Source of the DNA: Candidatus Aenigmatarchaeota archaeon
GTDB taxonomy: Archaea > Aenigmatarchaeota > Aenigmatarchaeia > CG10238-14 > SpSt-28
Direction of reading: 5' to 3'
Assembly (NCBI GenBank): GCA_038733315.1
Contig: JAVYPJ010000001.1
Span: 318,832-382,831, forward strand
Length of the DNA: 64,000 nt
This document shows positions 47,424-56,552 of this stretch, in pieces. Position 1 is the stretch's first letter. Every line of letters starts with the position of its first letter. A program made the position numbers and the translations under genes. The notes beneath the pieces were generated by a model, which had not been told where the DNA came from, ran no database searches, and worked only from the letters and a program-made list of their open reading frames with translations.

Positions 47424-47976
47424 ATATAAGTTTAATAAAAAAGAAGCTGAAATAGAGAAAGATATAAAAGAGGCAGAAAACCTTTTATACGAAGCTATAG
47501 AGATAGCAACTGAAATGATTAATATTATTACAAATTTTAAATATAACTTAGATAAAAAATGGCTAAATAGAATAGATTCTTTTTCGAATCATAAAGATAT
47601 ATATAATGGTTTGAAAAAATCAAAAGAATATTTGGACGCACTAGATAGACATTTAGCAGAAAAATTAAAAAGAATTAAGAATCTAAATATTTATGAAATT
47701 TTTAATTCTGGATTGTCTCAGAGAGAGGAAAGAGAGAAAAGAATGAAAATAACGAATATAAGGGATTATCTTTTGTCTACTAAAAAAATTTTGGACGAAA
47801 GTATTTCTGATATGGATAAAGCTGAAAGAGATCTAAATAACGAAAATTTTAAGAAGGCATCAATATATATAAATTTTGTAGTAGGTGCGTTAGAAGTAGC
47901 TAGTGAATATATCAATATTAAGTTGGATAGAAATTTAAAAGAGTTGAAGAGAAAGCTAAAATTAGGAAAAATGTAA
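47413..47976 (+). CDS. Hypothetical coiled-coil protein
   Basis: 187 aa, helical and charged. Start overlaps the upstream methyltransferase. Confidence 0.3.
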   Translation: MEYRYKFNKKEAEIEKDIKEAENLLYEAIEIATEMINIITNFKYNLDKKWLNRIDSFSNHKDIYNGLKKSKEYLDALDRHLAEKLKRIKNLNIYEIFNSGLSQREEREKRMKITNIRDYLLSTKKILDESISDMDKAERDLNNENFKKASIYINFVVGALEVASEYINIKLDRNLKELKRKLKLGKM

Positions 47977-47984
47977 ATTAAATT

Positions 47985-48566
47985 TTATATGGAGTTTAAT
48001 TGTTTTTTATAAAAATTAAAAGCATTTTTAGAAACGTATGGATTATCTTTAATAAAAAATCTTAAATTTTTTTCTAAATCTCTTTTAACTCCTATTCTTT
48101 TAGAAGAGTATATTTCAAATTTGTTTATAGAGTTGTTTTCAGCAACGTATAGTGGACCTTTTTTATAAACCTTAATACCATTTAAACTTTTATCTATTTT
48201 TAATGCTTTAGTTAATTTTCCTGGACCATCTGTTTTTTCAGTTATATTTTTAATAGGTTCTACAGCCCTTATTAGAACAGCGCCAGCTTCACTTTTTTTA
48301 TGTGCAACAATATTTAATAGCCAGTTTGAATGAACCATATATATAAGAGATAAGCCGATATCTCCATATAGAGCTTCAACAACATACTTCGGAAATCCTA
48401 AATAAGCTCTTGAGGCTGGATCTTCTTTTCCGTAATATGCTTCTACTTCAACAATTTTACATATAATTTTTTTATTTTCTATTTCTCTGATTAAATATTT
48501 TCCGAGTAGATTTATTGCTACTTCTTTTGTATCCCTTTCATAGAAGCTTTTCTTTAATATTTTCAT
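47985..48566 (-). CDS. DNA-3-methyladenine glycosylase (Mpg/AAG family)
   Basis: ERDTKEVAINLLGKYL and the EVEAYYGKEDPASRAY motif. About 190 aa. Confidence 0.7.
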   Translation of the reverse strand: MKILKKSFYERDTKEVAINLLGKYLIREIENKKIICKIVEVEAYYGKEDPASRAYLGFPKYVVEALYGDIGLSLIYMVHSNWLLNIVAHKKSEAGAVLIRAVEPIKNITEKTDGPGKLTKALKIDKSLNGIKVYKKGPLYVAENNSINKFEIYSSKRIGVKRDLEKNLRFFIKDNPYVSKNAFNFYKKQLNSI

Positions 48567-48569
48567 TTT

Positions 48570-49091
48570 CTAACAAATTTTTTCTCCAGCAGATAACATT
48601 AAATCTTTTTTAATGTAAATTGGTGAGTTTAATCTTAGGGCCATTGCTATTCCATCACTAGGTCTAATATCTATTTCTCTTATTTTATTTCCCTGCATAA
48701 CAAAGGCTTTTGCGATATAAGCATTGTTTTTAATTTCTTCTATTCTAACGTCTATTAGTCTAATATTAAATTCATTAAATACATCTGAAGCAAAATCGTG
48801 AGTATTTGGTCTAAATTCTCTAATTTTTTGCAAAGCATTATTAATAGATCTTACTTGGACATCTTCAACAAATCCAACGAGCTTATAACAATTTGAATAT
48901 AGAATTATTGTCGGCGGTTCAAGAGTAGTTTCTACACTTTCAACTTTAAAATAGTTTTCTGTAGATAGTTGAGGAATAGATGTTATTAGATTTGATATAT
49001 CTTTAAATTCTTCTCTTTGCCATATAGATAGAGTTAAAGCTATTATAGATATTAATAGAGCAATTATTACAGTTAAAAGACTTTTTTCCAT
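48570..49091 (-). CDS. Bifunctional nuclease domain (DUF151) protein with N-terminal TM
   Basis: RPSDGIAMALRLNSPIYI motif. Confidence 0.65.
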   Translation of the reverse strand: MEKSLLTVIIALLISIIALTLSIWQREEFKDISNLITSIPQLSTENYFKVESVETTLEPPTIILYSNCYKLVGFVEDVQVRSINNALQKIREFRPNTHDFASDVFNEFNIRLIDVRIEEIKNNAYIAKAFVMQGNKIREIDIRPSDGIAMALRLNSPIYIKKDLMLSAGEKIC

Positions 49092-49105
49092 ACTATTTTT
49101 AAAGT

Positions 49106-50188
49106 TTAAAAATACTTTAAGTATTCTAAAATTCTTTTATCTTTTTTCAATCCTACGAAATCTTCTAGAACCTCTCTTTTTAATATATCAAAACATTCTT
49201 GGAGAACCTCTAAAAACTCTCGCCTTTCTCTTTTAACGTGGAAATAATTCCTATAATCGCTAAAAGTTATGTGTATGCTGTAAATGTCTTTACTTTTTTC
49301 TATATGAATTTTTAAGAATCCTTGCTTAAAATGTTTTTTAGCTCTTTTTATAAAATTCTTAATGTAAGATTCTAAATGCTCTAAATAATAGCTTTTGACG
49401 TTTTCTTTTCCTATTAATATAACATTTATTTTTTCTAAAGTTTCCTCTACTAACGGTTTTATTAAATCTTTCTTTGTTATTATTCCTAATAAATTTTCTT
49501 TAACTAGGCATGAAATTTTGTAGTTGAGTAGTTTCTTTATTACGTATGAAATCTTTTCGTTGTTTGAATATGTTATTACGTTTTTAGAAGCTATTGAAGT
49601 TATTGGGTTTTCAAATATTTTATATTTTTTTCCAATAAGCTCTCCAAGAGTTTCTCTATTCTTAGATTCTCTAATAAGAAAGTCTGTAACATCTTTTGAA
49701 GATACAATTCCAACTATTTTTCCATTTTCGACTATCGGAATATGGGAAATATTATATTTTGCCATTAGTTTAATCACTTTAAATATCGTTTCATTCGGGT
49801 TTACTAAAACAATATTTTTAGTTTCTATTTCTTCAACCTTCAGATTTCCAAACCTTTCTTTAACTTTTTCTAGTAAAGAATCTATATGTATCATACCAAT
49901 AACTTTATCGCTCTTATCTAAATATGCTGCTATGTAACAATCGTTTTCTAACATTCTTCTAGAAATTTCACTTTCATTAATTTCATAAACTTTACAATCT
50001 CTTTTTCTTATGTTTTTTATTTTTTCGTTTAAATTTTTTTCTGTTATAATATCTCTTAATTTTATAATACCTTTATATTCGTTTTTGTTATTTACAACAA
50101 TTATTTCTCTTATGTTGTTTTCATTCATTAATTTAATAGCATTTTTTAATGTTTCGTTTTCTTCTATTGTTATTGGTTTTGTAATCAT
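49106..50188 (-). CDS. CBS-domain protein (two CBS pairs plus C-terminal domain)
   Basis: Repeated CBS motifs (IREIIVVNNKNEYKGIIKLRDI; ISHIPIVENGKIVGIVSSKDV). Confidence 0.65.
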   Translation of the reverse strand: MITKPITIEENETLKNAIKLMNENNIREIIVVNNKNEYKGIIKLRDIITEKNLNEKIKNIRKRDCKVYEINESEISRRMLENDCYIAAYLDKSDKVIGMIHIDSLLEKVKERFGNLKVEEIETKNIVLVNPNETIFKVIKLMAKYNISHIPIVENGKIVGIVSSKDVTDFLIRESKNRETLGELIGKKYKIFENPITSIASKNVITYSNNEKISYVIKKLLNYKISCLVKENLLGIITKKDLIKPLVEETLEKINVILIGKENVKSYYLEHLESYIKNFIKRAKKHFKQGFLKIHIEKSKDIYSIHITFSDYRNYFHVKRERREFLEVLQECFDILKREVLEDFVGLKKDKRILEYLKYF

Positions 50189-50310
50189 CTTGCTTGAACT
50201 CTTTTGATTTTTTGTGGTCTTATTTTTTCGAAAATTCTATATCCGCAGTTTAAGCAAATTATTCTATCAATTTTTTCATAAATTTTTTTACATCTTACGC
50301 ATCTATACAT
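50185..50310 (-). CDS. rpoP: DNA-directed RNA polymerase subunit P (Rpo12/RpoP)
   Basis: Unlisted 41-codon ORF MYRCVRCKKIYEKIDRIICLNCGYRIFEKIRPQKIKRVQAR with CxxC...CxxCG. Immediately downstream of rpl37ae, the usual archaeal arrangement. Confidence 0.6.
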   Translation of the reverse strand: MYRCVRCKKIYEKIDRIICLNCGYRIFEKIRPQKIKRVQAR

Positions 50311-50314
50311 GTTT

Positions 50315-50539
50315 TTACTTGACCTTTACGCCAGGTGGAAAGTATGCTGAGGAAGCTACTTTTGTATTACATTTTTTACATTGCCATATTCCAGTAGAAA
50401 CTCTTTTTAACTTTTTAAACCCACATTTTGGGCAAACATGCTTAGATTTTTGAATAAGCTCGATTTTATCTATCTTTTCTCTTAGGGTCATTCCGTATCT
50501 TGCTCCAAATCTTCCACTTGAACCAACCCTTCTTACCAT
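50315..50539 (-). CDS. rpl37ae: 50S ribosomal protein L37ae (eL43)
   Basis: GRFGARYG...CPKCG...CKKC zinc ribbon. 74 aa. Confidence 0.85.
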   Translation of the reverse strand: MVRRVGSSGRFGARYGMTLREKIDKIELIQKSKHVCPKCGFKKLKRVSTGIWQCKKCNTKVASSAYFPPGVKVK

Positions 50540-50647
50540 AGAGAATATTATCTTAATTAAAAAATTAATATACTTTTCGATTATTTAGTTTATCTCATTT
50601 TTACTATTTTCTGGAATTTTAATGCTAAGTAAAATAAATGTTGTATA

Positions 50648-50766
50648 TGCGGGGGGTGGGATTTGAACCCACGACGGCTCTACGCCATCGGGTTTCTTAT
50701 CATTTATTCAAAGCTTAAGATTTTATCTTAAGCCCGACGCCCTTGACCAGGCTAGGCGACCCCCGC
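50648..50766 (-). tRNA. tRNA-Leu (anticodon TAA) with ~33-nt intron
   Basis: Type II tRNA with long variable arm. The anticodon stem UCGGG/CCCGA is split after position 37. The intron carries CUUAAG, complementary to the exon's CUUAAG (BHB helix). Confidence 0.75.
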
Positions 50767-50816
50767 TTATAATTTAAATTACATCAAATTAATTTAAATT
50801 AATCTCTCTATTAATT

Positions 50817-52226
50817 TTAGGCTTGATCTTGAATATACTTTTCTCCTTTTCTTAATTTTTCAAAAGCTTTTGTAATTTCTTTTCCTAAATATAAAGCATG
50901 ATCATATAAACTAAAAAAACTTCCACCCTTTAAGGAATTGTATATTTCCCAAAAATCCTTACTTTCGATTTTAAAATCTATTAAAGAATTATCTGGGGTT
51001 CTATGTTCTAAAACTATTTTATCATTCTCTTGATAAATTAAAAATAGACCTTTTGGATCTTCTACAAATTCTTTCATTTTAAATGAATATTTATTCAATA
51101 TTTCTCTTACTAAATTCCAATCGTGCTGATAAATATGTGCACTTGTAGAAATTGTTGTTATTGTTTCGATTTCAAAATTCGATTTAGTTTCTTTATTTAT
51201 TTCATTAACAATATATTCTGCTAATTTTATTTGAGCAACAATATTTATTGGCCATCCTTTGACCATATCATTACTTCTAATCCAAACAGTATGATTATAA
51301 TAATTTTCTGTTATTATTCCTTGAATACCTATTATGCATGGTGGATTTGGGGAATTTTGATCTATTAAATGATCCCATGAAACAATTAAAGCTCTTCTTG
51401 AATAAGGAGCTTTAGATAATTTGTCAATTAAATATTTAACTTGATTTTTTCCAAATCTATGTTCAAAGATTCTTTCTCCATATGTATATTCTACACTTTC
51501 TAATTTTTTTGGATATAAAACTTCATTAATATGCCTTTCAAAATCTTCTCTTTTCAAAAATTCAAAAAATTCTTCTTCAATTTTATATTCTTTACCATAT
51601 AGACCTATAGTAATCATTAAATTTAAAAATTCTTTTTGTGGTTCTTCATATTCTGAAAATTTTATACTTCCAAATTTCATTATTAAATCTAAAATTTTTA
51701 TCCATGCTCTAAAAATGCTTGTATCGTATATATAGCTACCGCTTAATGGAATTGGCCAAGAAGCTAATTCTACTTTTTCTTCAATTGTTATATCGATTTT
51801 TTCTCTAACTTCTTTTGCATTTGTTTTAAAATTTTTTTCTATTTCTTCTTCAAGTTTTTTAATATTATTTCTTTTAAATTCTTCTCTTAAATCAATAATT
51901 TTAACTGTATTCAAAACATTTTCAATTTTATTTATTGGAAAAATTATTTTATAATCTTTAAAATTTTTGTTTTTAAAAACATCGATTAAAGCTTTTCCAC
52001 TTAGAGATAAATCAGCACCATAGATTATTAAAGTATCTATTTTTGGAAATTGTGCTAACGTTTCCAAAATAAAATTAATTCCATAAGTTGTATAAGTAGT
52101 TCCAATAATTCCAATTTTACTTCTTATTTTCTCTTGTAGTTGATTTAAAATTATTTCTTTTTTTGACCATAGAGTTGATATAGCAATATTACTATTTTCA
52201 TTTAAGATTATTATATCTTTTTTCAT
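50817..52226 (-). CDS. Thymidylate synthase (ThyA)-fold protein with ~150-250 aa N-terminal extension
   Basis: C-terminal domain motifs YTYGERIF, SRRALIVSWD, NPPCII, WIRSNDMVKGWPINIVAQIKLAEYI and TSAHIYQHD. These match YGxQWR, SRRxIxSxWN, LPPCH, YQRSxDxxLGxPFNIASYALL and GDxHLY. Confidence 0.6.
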   Translation of the reverse strand: MKKDIIILNENSNIAISTLWSKKEIILNQLQEKIRSKIGIIGTTYTTYGINFILETLAQFPKIDTLIIYGADLSLSGKALIDVFKNKNFKDYKIIFPINKIENVLNTVKIIDLREEFKRNNIKKLEEEIEKNFKTNAKEVREKIDITIEEKVELASWPIPLSGSYIYDTSIFRAWIKILDLIMKFGSIKFSEYEEPQKEFLNLMITIGLYGKEYKIEEEFFEFLKREDFERHINEVLYPKKLESVEYTYGERIFEHRFGKNQVKYLIDKLSKAPYSRRALIVSWDHLIDQNSPNPPCIIGIQGIITENYYNHTVWIRSNDMVKGWPINIVAQIKLAEYIVNEINKETKSNFEIETITTISTSAHIYQHDWNLVREILNKYSFKMKEFVEDPKGLFLIYQENDKIVLEHRTPDNSLIDFKIESKDFWEIYNSLKGGSFFSLYDHALYLGKEITKAFEKLRKGEKYIQDQA

Positions 52227-52262
52227 ATGTTTTTATTTGTTTGAATTAATAAATAGTTATAA

Positions 52263-53414
52263 ATGATTGAAATTGCGTTAGTTGGAAAGCCAAATTCTGG
52301 AAAATCTACATTTTTTAAAGCAGCAACTCTAATGGATGTTAAAATTTCAAATATTCCTTTTACAACATTAAAACCAAACAGAGGAATTGCTTATGTATCA
52401 ACTCAATGTGTTTGTAAAGAATTTAATGTTAAATGCAATCCTCAAGATGGATTTTGCATAGATGGATTAAGATTTATTCCAATAATTCTTTGGGATGTCC
52501 CGGGATTAATTCCAGAGGCTCATAAGGGAAAAGGATTAGGAATAGAATTTTTATCGGCTATAAATCATGTAGATGGAATTGTTTATATTATAGATATTAG
52601 TGGGAAAACTGATTTAGAAGGAAAAGAAATAGAATTTTCAAGTCCAATAGAAGAGGTAAAATTTCTTTTAAATGAATTAATTCAATGGTATAAACAAAAT
52701 ATTCAAAAGCACATTCCGAAATATTATAAAAATGAAAAAGAATTAATAGATATTTTATCTCAAAAACTTAGCGGGTTAAAAATAAAAAGAGAGCAAATAG
52801 AAAAACATATTGATAAAATAAACGATTTGGAAAGTTTCTCTAAGGCATTACTATTCGAAAGCAAAAAAATGATTATTGCTGCGAATAAAATTGATGAGGA
52901 AAAATCTGAAAAAAATTTAAAAGAATTAAAAGAATTTTTAGAAAAAGAAAGTATTAATATAAAGATTGTTGCTTCTAGCGCTTTAAGTGAATTAATTTTA
53001 AGAACCTTAAGTCAAAAAGGGATAATAGAGTATAATTTCAAAAGTTTTGAAATTTTAAGGAAAAATGAATTAACTAGCGAACAAATAAATGCACTAGAAA
53101 GAATTAAAGAATTATTAGAAAAATATAATGGAAGTTTTATATTGAATGTTTTAAATGCTTTAGTTTTTGATGTTATGCAATATAAAGTTGTTTTTCCTGT
53201 TGAAAATGAAAATAAATTAAGCGATAAAAAAGGAAATATTTTACCAAATGCAATTTTATTGGAAAAGGATGCAAAAACAATAGATTTAGCTGAAAAAATT
53301 CATTCTGAAATAGCTAAAAATTTTTTATATGCAATTGAAATTAAAAGCAGAAAAAGAATAGGTAAAGATTATATTTTAAATCATAGAGATGTAATAAAGA
53401 TATATCACGCATAA
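52263..53414 (+). CDS. Obg-family GTPase (Ygr210/YchF-like) with C-terminal TGS-like domain
   Basis: G1 motif VGKPNSGKST, G2 motif TTLKPNRG, G3 motif DVPGL. 383 aa. Confidence 0.75.
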   Translation: MIEIALVGKPNSGKSTFFKAATLMDVKISNIPFTTLKPNRGIAYVSTQCVCKEFNVKCNPQDGFCIDGLRFIPIILWDVPGLIPEAHKGKGLGIEFLSAINHVDGIVYIIDISGKTDLEGKEIEFSSPIEEVKFLLNELIQWYKQNIQKHIPKYYKNEKELIDILSQKLSGLKIKREQIEKHIDKINDLESFSKALLFESKKMIIAANKIDEEKSEKNLKELKEFLEKESINIKIVASSALSELILRTLSQKGIIEYNFKSFEILRKNELTSEQINALERIKELLEKYNGSFILNVLNALVFDVMQYKVVFPVENENKLSDKKGNILPNAILLEKDAKTIDLAEKIHSEIAKNFLYAIEIKSRKRIGKDYILNHRDVIKIYHA

Positions 53415-53465
53415 TCAGAAGTACTCCTTTTCATCATTTTTCAGATGCGGCGGTATTCTTCATAA
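53412..53465 (-). ncRNA. Candidate box C/D sRNA (locus 1)
   Basis: Minus strand: AUGAAGA (C-like) - AUACCGCCGCAU - CUGA (D') - AAA - UGAUGA (C') - AAAGGAGUACUU - CUGA (D). The 12-nt guides and spacer length fit archaeal C/D sRNAs. Confidence 0.4.
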
Positions 53466-53498
53466 AAATTAAATTTTAACAAATTTCAAATTTATTAT

Positions 53499-53637
53499 GC
53501 CGGGGTCGCCTAGCGGATATGGCGCCGGCCTCGAGTTAAATGATAAGCTCTGGGGTAGCTGAAAATAATGATGATTTTGCTATAAGAGAAAGCCGGTGGG
53601 CTTTACGCCCGCGTGGGTTCAAATCCCACCCCCGGCG
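53499..53637 (+). tRNA. tRNA-Ser (anticodon CGA) with 55-nt intron (53536..53590)
   Basis: Acceptor, D-arm, variable arm and T-arm are the same as the tRNA-Ser(TGA) gene at 28932. Anticodon stem CCGGC/GCCGG split after position 37. Discriminator G73. Confidence 0.75.
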
Positions 53638-53698
53638 AAAAGTTTGTGCTTAGCAAATTTTTTAAAAAAATAAATTAATTATAATATCTAATAAATTA

Positions 53699-54910
53699 AT
53701 GAAGTTAACAGCTAGCGATATTAAAAACGAAGGAGAATTTAAAGTTTATGGAATTGTTAGTCATGTAAGAGAGCTAGGTCCTAAAAAATTTATAATAATA
53801 ACTGATGGAAAAGACATTTTGCAAGTAGTTTATGAAGGTAATAAAAGGGTTAAAAGAGGGGATAGCATTTTTGCAGTTGGAAATGCATTTTTTGATAAAA
53901 GAGCTCCAAGAGGAATAGAGCTTAGAGCAAAAGATATAGAAATAATTAATGAAATAAAAGAGGAATCTTTTGATGAATGGAGTATAAAAAGAATGAGTTT
54001 AGACAAAAAAATTAAATATAGAAGTATAAGCTTGAGAATTCCAGAATTTTACAAAATATTCGAAATATATGCTAAGGTTACGCATTATTTCAGAGAGTTT
54101 TTCATAAATTTAGGCTATTTAGAAATCTTTACTCCAAAGGTTGTTAAAATGGGAACAGAATCCGGGGCTGAAGTATTTTCTATATTATATTTCGATAAAG
54201 AAGCTTTTTTAGCGCAGAGTCCGCAACTATATAAACAAATGATGTTAGCTAGCGGTTTAAAAGGTGTTTTTGAGTTTGGTCATTATTATAGGGCAGAGGC
54301 TTCAAGAACTAAGAGACACTTAACAGAATTTTATTGTTTAGATGTTGAAATAAATTATGTTGAAAGCTTAGACGATGTTATGAAAGTTTTAGAAGATGCA
54401 ATAAAATATGTTCTTGAGAAATTTAATTTAAAAATAGAGAAAATACCAATACTAACTTTTGATGAAGCTAAAGAGATTTTAGAAAGAAATGGAATAAAAA
54501 CTAAAAAAGATTTAACAACAGAGGGAGAAAAGTTTATTGGGGATTATGTTAAAGAAAATTTTAATTCCGATTTTGTTTTTATTACAGAATTTCCCTTCGA
54601 CGTAAAACCGTTTTATGTTATGAAAAAAGATGATGGGAAAAGTTATTCTTTTGATTTATTATTTAAAGGTTTAGAAATAGTTTCTGGGGCTAAAAGAGAG
54701 CATAGATACGAAATTCTTATTAATCAAATAAAAGAGAAGAAAATAAATCCAGAAAGAATGTATTGGTATTTAGAAACTTTTAAGCATGGAATTCCTCCAC
54801 ATGGTGGTTTTGGTTTAGGAATAGATAGATTTGTTAAGCAAATGCTAAACTTAGATGATATAAGAGAATGTGTTTTATATCCTAGAGATCCAGATACCTT
54901 AGAGCCATGA
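53699..54910 (+). CDS. aspS: Aspartyl-tRNA synthetase (archaeal type, likely non-discriminating)
   Basis: N-terminal OB anticodon-binding domain. Class IIb motifs QSPQLYKQMLM, FRAEASRT, GGFGLGIDR. Directly upstream of gatCAB. Confidence 0.75.
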   Translation: MKLTASDIKNEGEFKVYGIVSHVRELGPKKFIIITDGKDILQVVYEGNKRVKRGDSIFAVGNAFFDKRAPRGIELRAKDIEIINEIKEESFDEWSIKRMSLDKKIKYRSISLRIPEFYKIFEIYAKVTHYFREFFINLGYLEIFTPKVVKMGTESGAEVFSILYFDKEAFLAQSPQLYKQMMLASGLKGVFEFGHYYRAEASRTKRHLTEFYCLDVEINYVESLDDVMKVLEDAIKYVLEKFNLKIEKIPILTFDEAKEILERNGIKTKKDLTTEGEKFIGDYVKENFNSDFVFITEFPFDVKPFYVMKKDDGKSYSFDLLFKGLEIVSGAKREHRYEILINQIKEKKINPERMYWYLETFKHGIPPHGGFGLGIDRFVKQMLNLDDIRECVLYPRDPDTLEP

Positions 54911-55176
54911 TAGAAATAGAAAAAATTGCTTGGCTTGCAAGAATAAAACTAGAAGAAAAAGAAAAGGAAGAATTATTTAAGGATATATCTAAAATCTTAG
55001 AGATGTTTAAAAAAATACAAGAAGTAAAAATAGAGGAAAAGGATATTGATAGTGATGAAATTTTTGATTTTTTCTTTAGAGGAGAAACTATAGCTGAAAC
55101 TTTTGATAACGAAAAGATTTTGAAGAATTTTCCAAAAAGAGATGAAAATTTGTTAGAAGTTCCTAAGACATTATGA
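54907..55176 (+). CDS. gatC: Asp-tRNA(Asn) amidotransferase subunit C
   Basis: 89 aa. IEKIAWLARIKLEEKEKEEL matches the GatC N-terminus. Coupled to gatA. Confidence 0.75.
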   Translation: MIEIEKIAWLARIKLEEKEKEELFKDISKILEMFKKIQEVKIEEKDIDSDEIFDFFFRGETIAETFDNEKILKNFPKRDENLLEVPKTL

Positions 55177-56552
55177 TAACTAAGGAAATATTAAGTGAAG
55201 CTATATCAAATCCGATAGACCATTTTGAAAAAATTAGAAAAGAAATAGAGAAAAGAGAAAAAGAGGTAAAATCATTTATAACTCTTAATATAGATTCTGC
55301 TGAAAAAGAAGTTAAAGAAAAAAAAGTTGGAAAATTATCATATTTAATAATTTCAGTTAAAGATAATATTCTTGTTGAAAATTTAAGAGCTACCGCAGGG
55401 TCTAAAATTTTAGAAAACTATATAGCTCCTTATAATGCTACTGTTATAGAAAAAATAAAGAAAGAAGGGGCAATAATAATAGGTAAAACAAATTTAGATG
55501 AGTTTGCATGCGGTTCAGATGGTACAAATTCTGCTTTTTTTGAAACTAGAAATCCCTTTGATTTGGAAAGAGTTCCTGGAGGATCCTCATCTGGCTCTGC
55601 TGCAAGCTTAGCTGCAGGTTTTTGCGATTTATCTTTAGGTTCAGATACAGGAGGTTCAATAAGAAATCCAGCAGCCTTTTGTTCTTTATTTGGATTTAAA
55701 CCTAGTTATGGTTTAGTTTCTAGATATGGCTTAATAGATTTAGCTATGAGTATGGATCAAATAGGTCCATTTGCAAAGGATACTTATGGAATAGCTTTAT
55801 TGTTAGATGTAATTCATGGAAAAGATGAAAAAGATGCTACAACAGTTAATAAAAGATTTGAGTTTGTTAAAAGGGTTGAAAATTTTAACGAAAAGGAATT
55901 AAAGAATAGAAAAATAGCATATGCTACAGAATTTTTAGAATATTGCTCCGAAGATATTAAAAAAAGATTTTTTGATGTGTTGAATTATTTGTCTAATTTT
56001 GGAATAGAAATTAAAGAGATTTCGATACCAGAAGTTAATGTTGCTGTATCAACTTATTATTTAGTTGTTTCTTCTGAATTTTCTTCTGCAATGCAAAAGT
56101 TTGATGGATTAAAATATGGTGTAAGAATAGAAAATAAAGATTTAAACGAAACAATTTTATTATCTAGAAGTTTATTGGGAAAGGAAGTTAAAAGAAGAAT
56201 TTTGATTGGTACTTTTGTAACTTCTAGAGAGGGATATGGTAAATGGTATAAAATAGCTATGTTAGTAAGAAATAAAATAAAGCAAAGATTTTACTCTATT
56301 TTTAAAGATTTCGATTATTTAGTTTCTCCAACTATGCCTGTTAAACCTTGGAAAATTGGAGAGAAAAAAGAACCTATAGAAATGTACCAAATGGATGTTT
56401 TAACAGTTTTAGCAAATTTGGCAAAAATACCTGCTATTTCTATTCCAGTAGATAAATTTATAGGATTCCAAGTTATGGGTAAATATTTGGAAGATGAAAA
56501 ACTTTTAGAAATTTCAAAAATAATAGAGGAAAAATTCAATATATGGAAATGA
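55173..56552 (+). CDS. gatA: Asp-tRNA(Asn) amidotransferase subunit A (amidase)
   Basis: Amidase signature GGSSSGSAASLAAG and the GSDTGGSIR motif. Confidence 0.9.
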   Translation: MITKEILSEAISNPIDHFEKIRKEIEKREKEVKSFITLNIDSAEKEVKEKKVGKLSYLIISVKDNILVENLRATAGSKILENYIAPYNATVIEKIKKEGAIIIGKTNLDEFACGSDGTNSAFFETRNPFDLERVPGGSSSGSAASLAAGFCDLSLGSDTGGSIRNPAAFCSLFGFKPSYGLVSRYGLIDLAMSMDQIGPFAKDTYGIALLLDVIHGKDEKDATTVNKRFEFVKRVENFNEKELKNRKIAYATEFLEYCSEDIKKRFFDVLNYLSNFGIEIKEISIPEVNVAVSTYYLVVSSEFSSAMQKFDGLKYGVRIENKDLNETILLSRSLLGKEVKRRILIGTFVTSREGYGKWYKIAMLVRNKIKQRFYSIFKDFDYLVSPTMPVKPWKIGEKKEPIEMYQMDVLTVLANLAKIPAISIPVDKFIGFQVMGKYLEDEKLLEISKIIEEKFNIWK

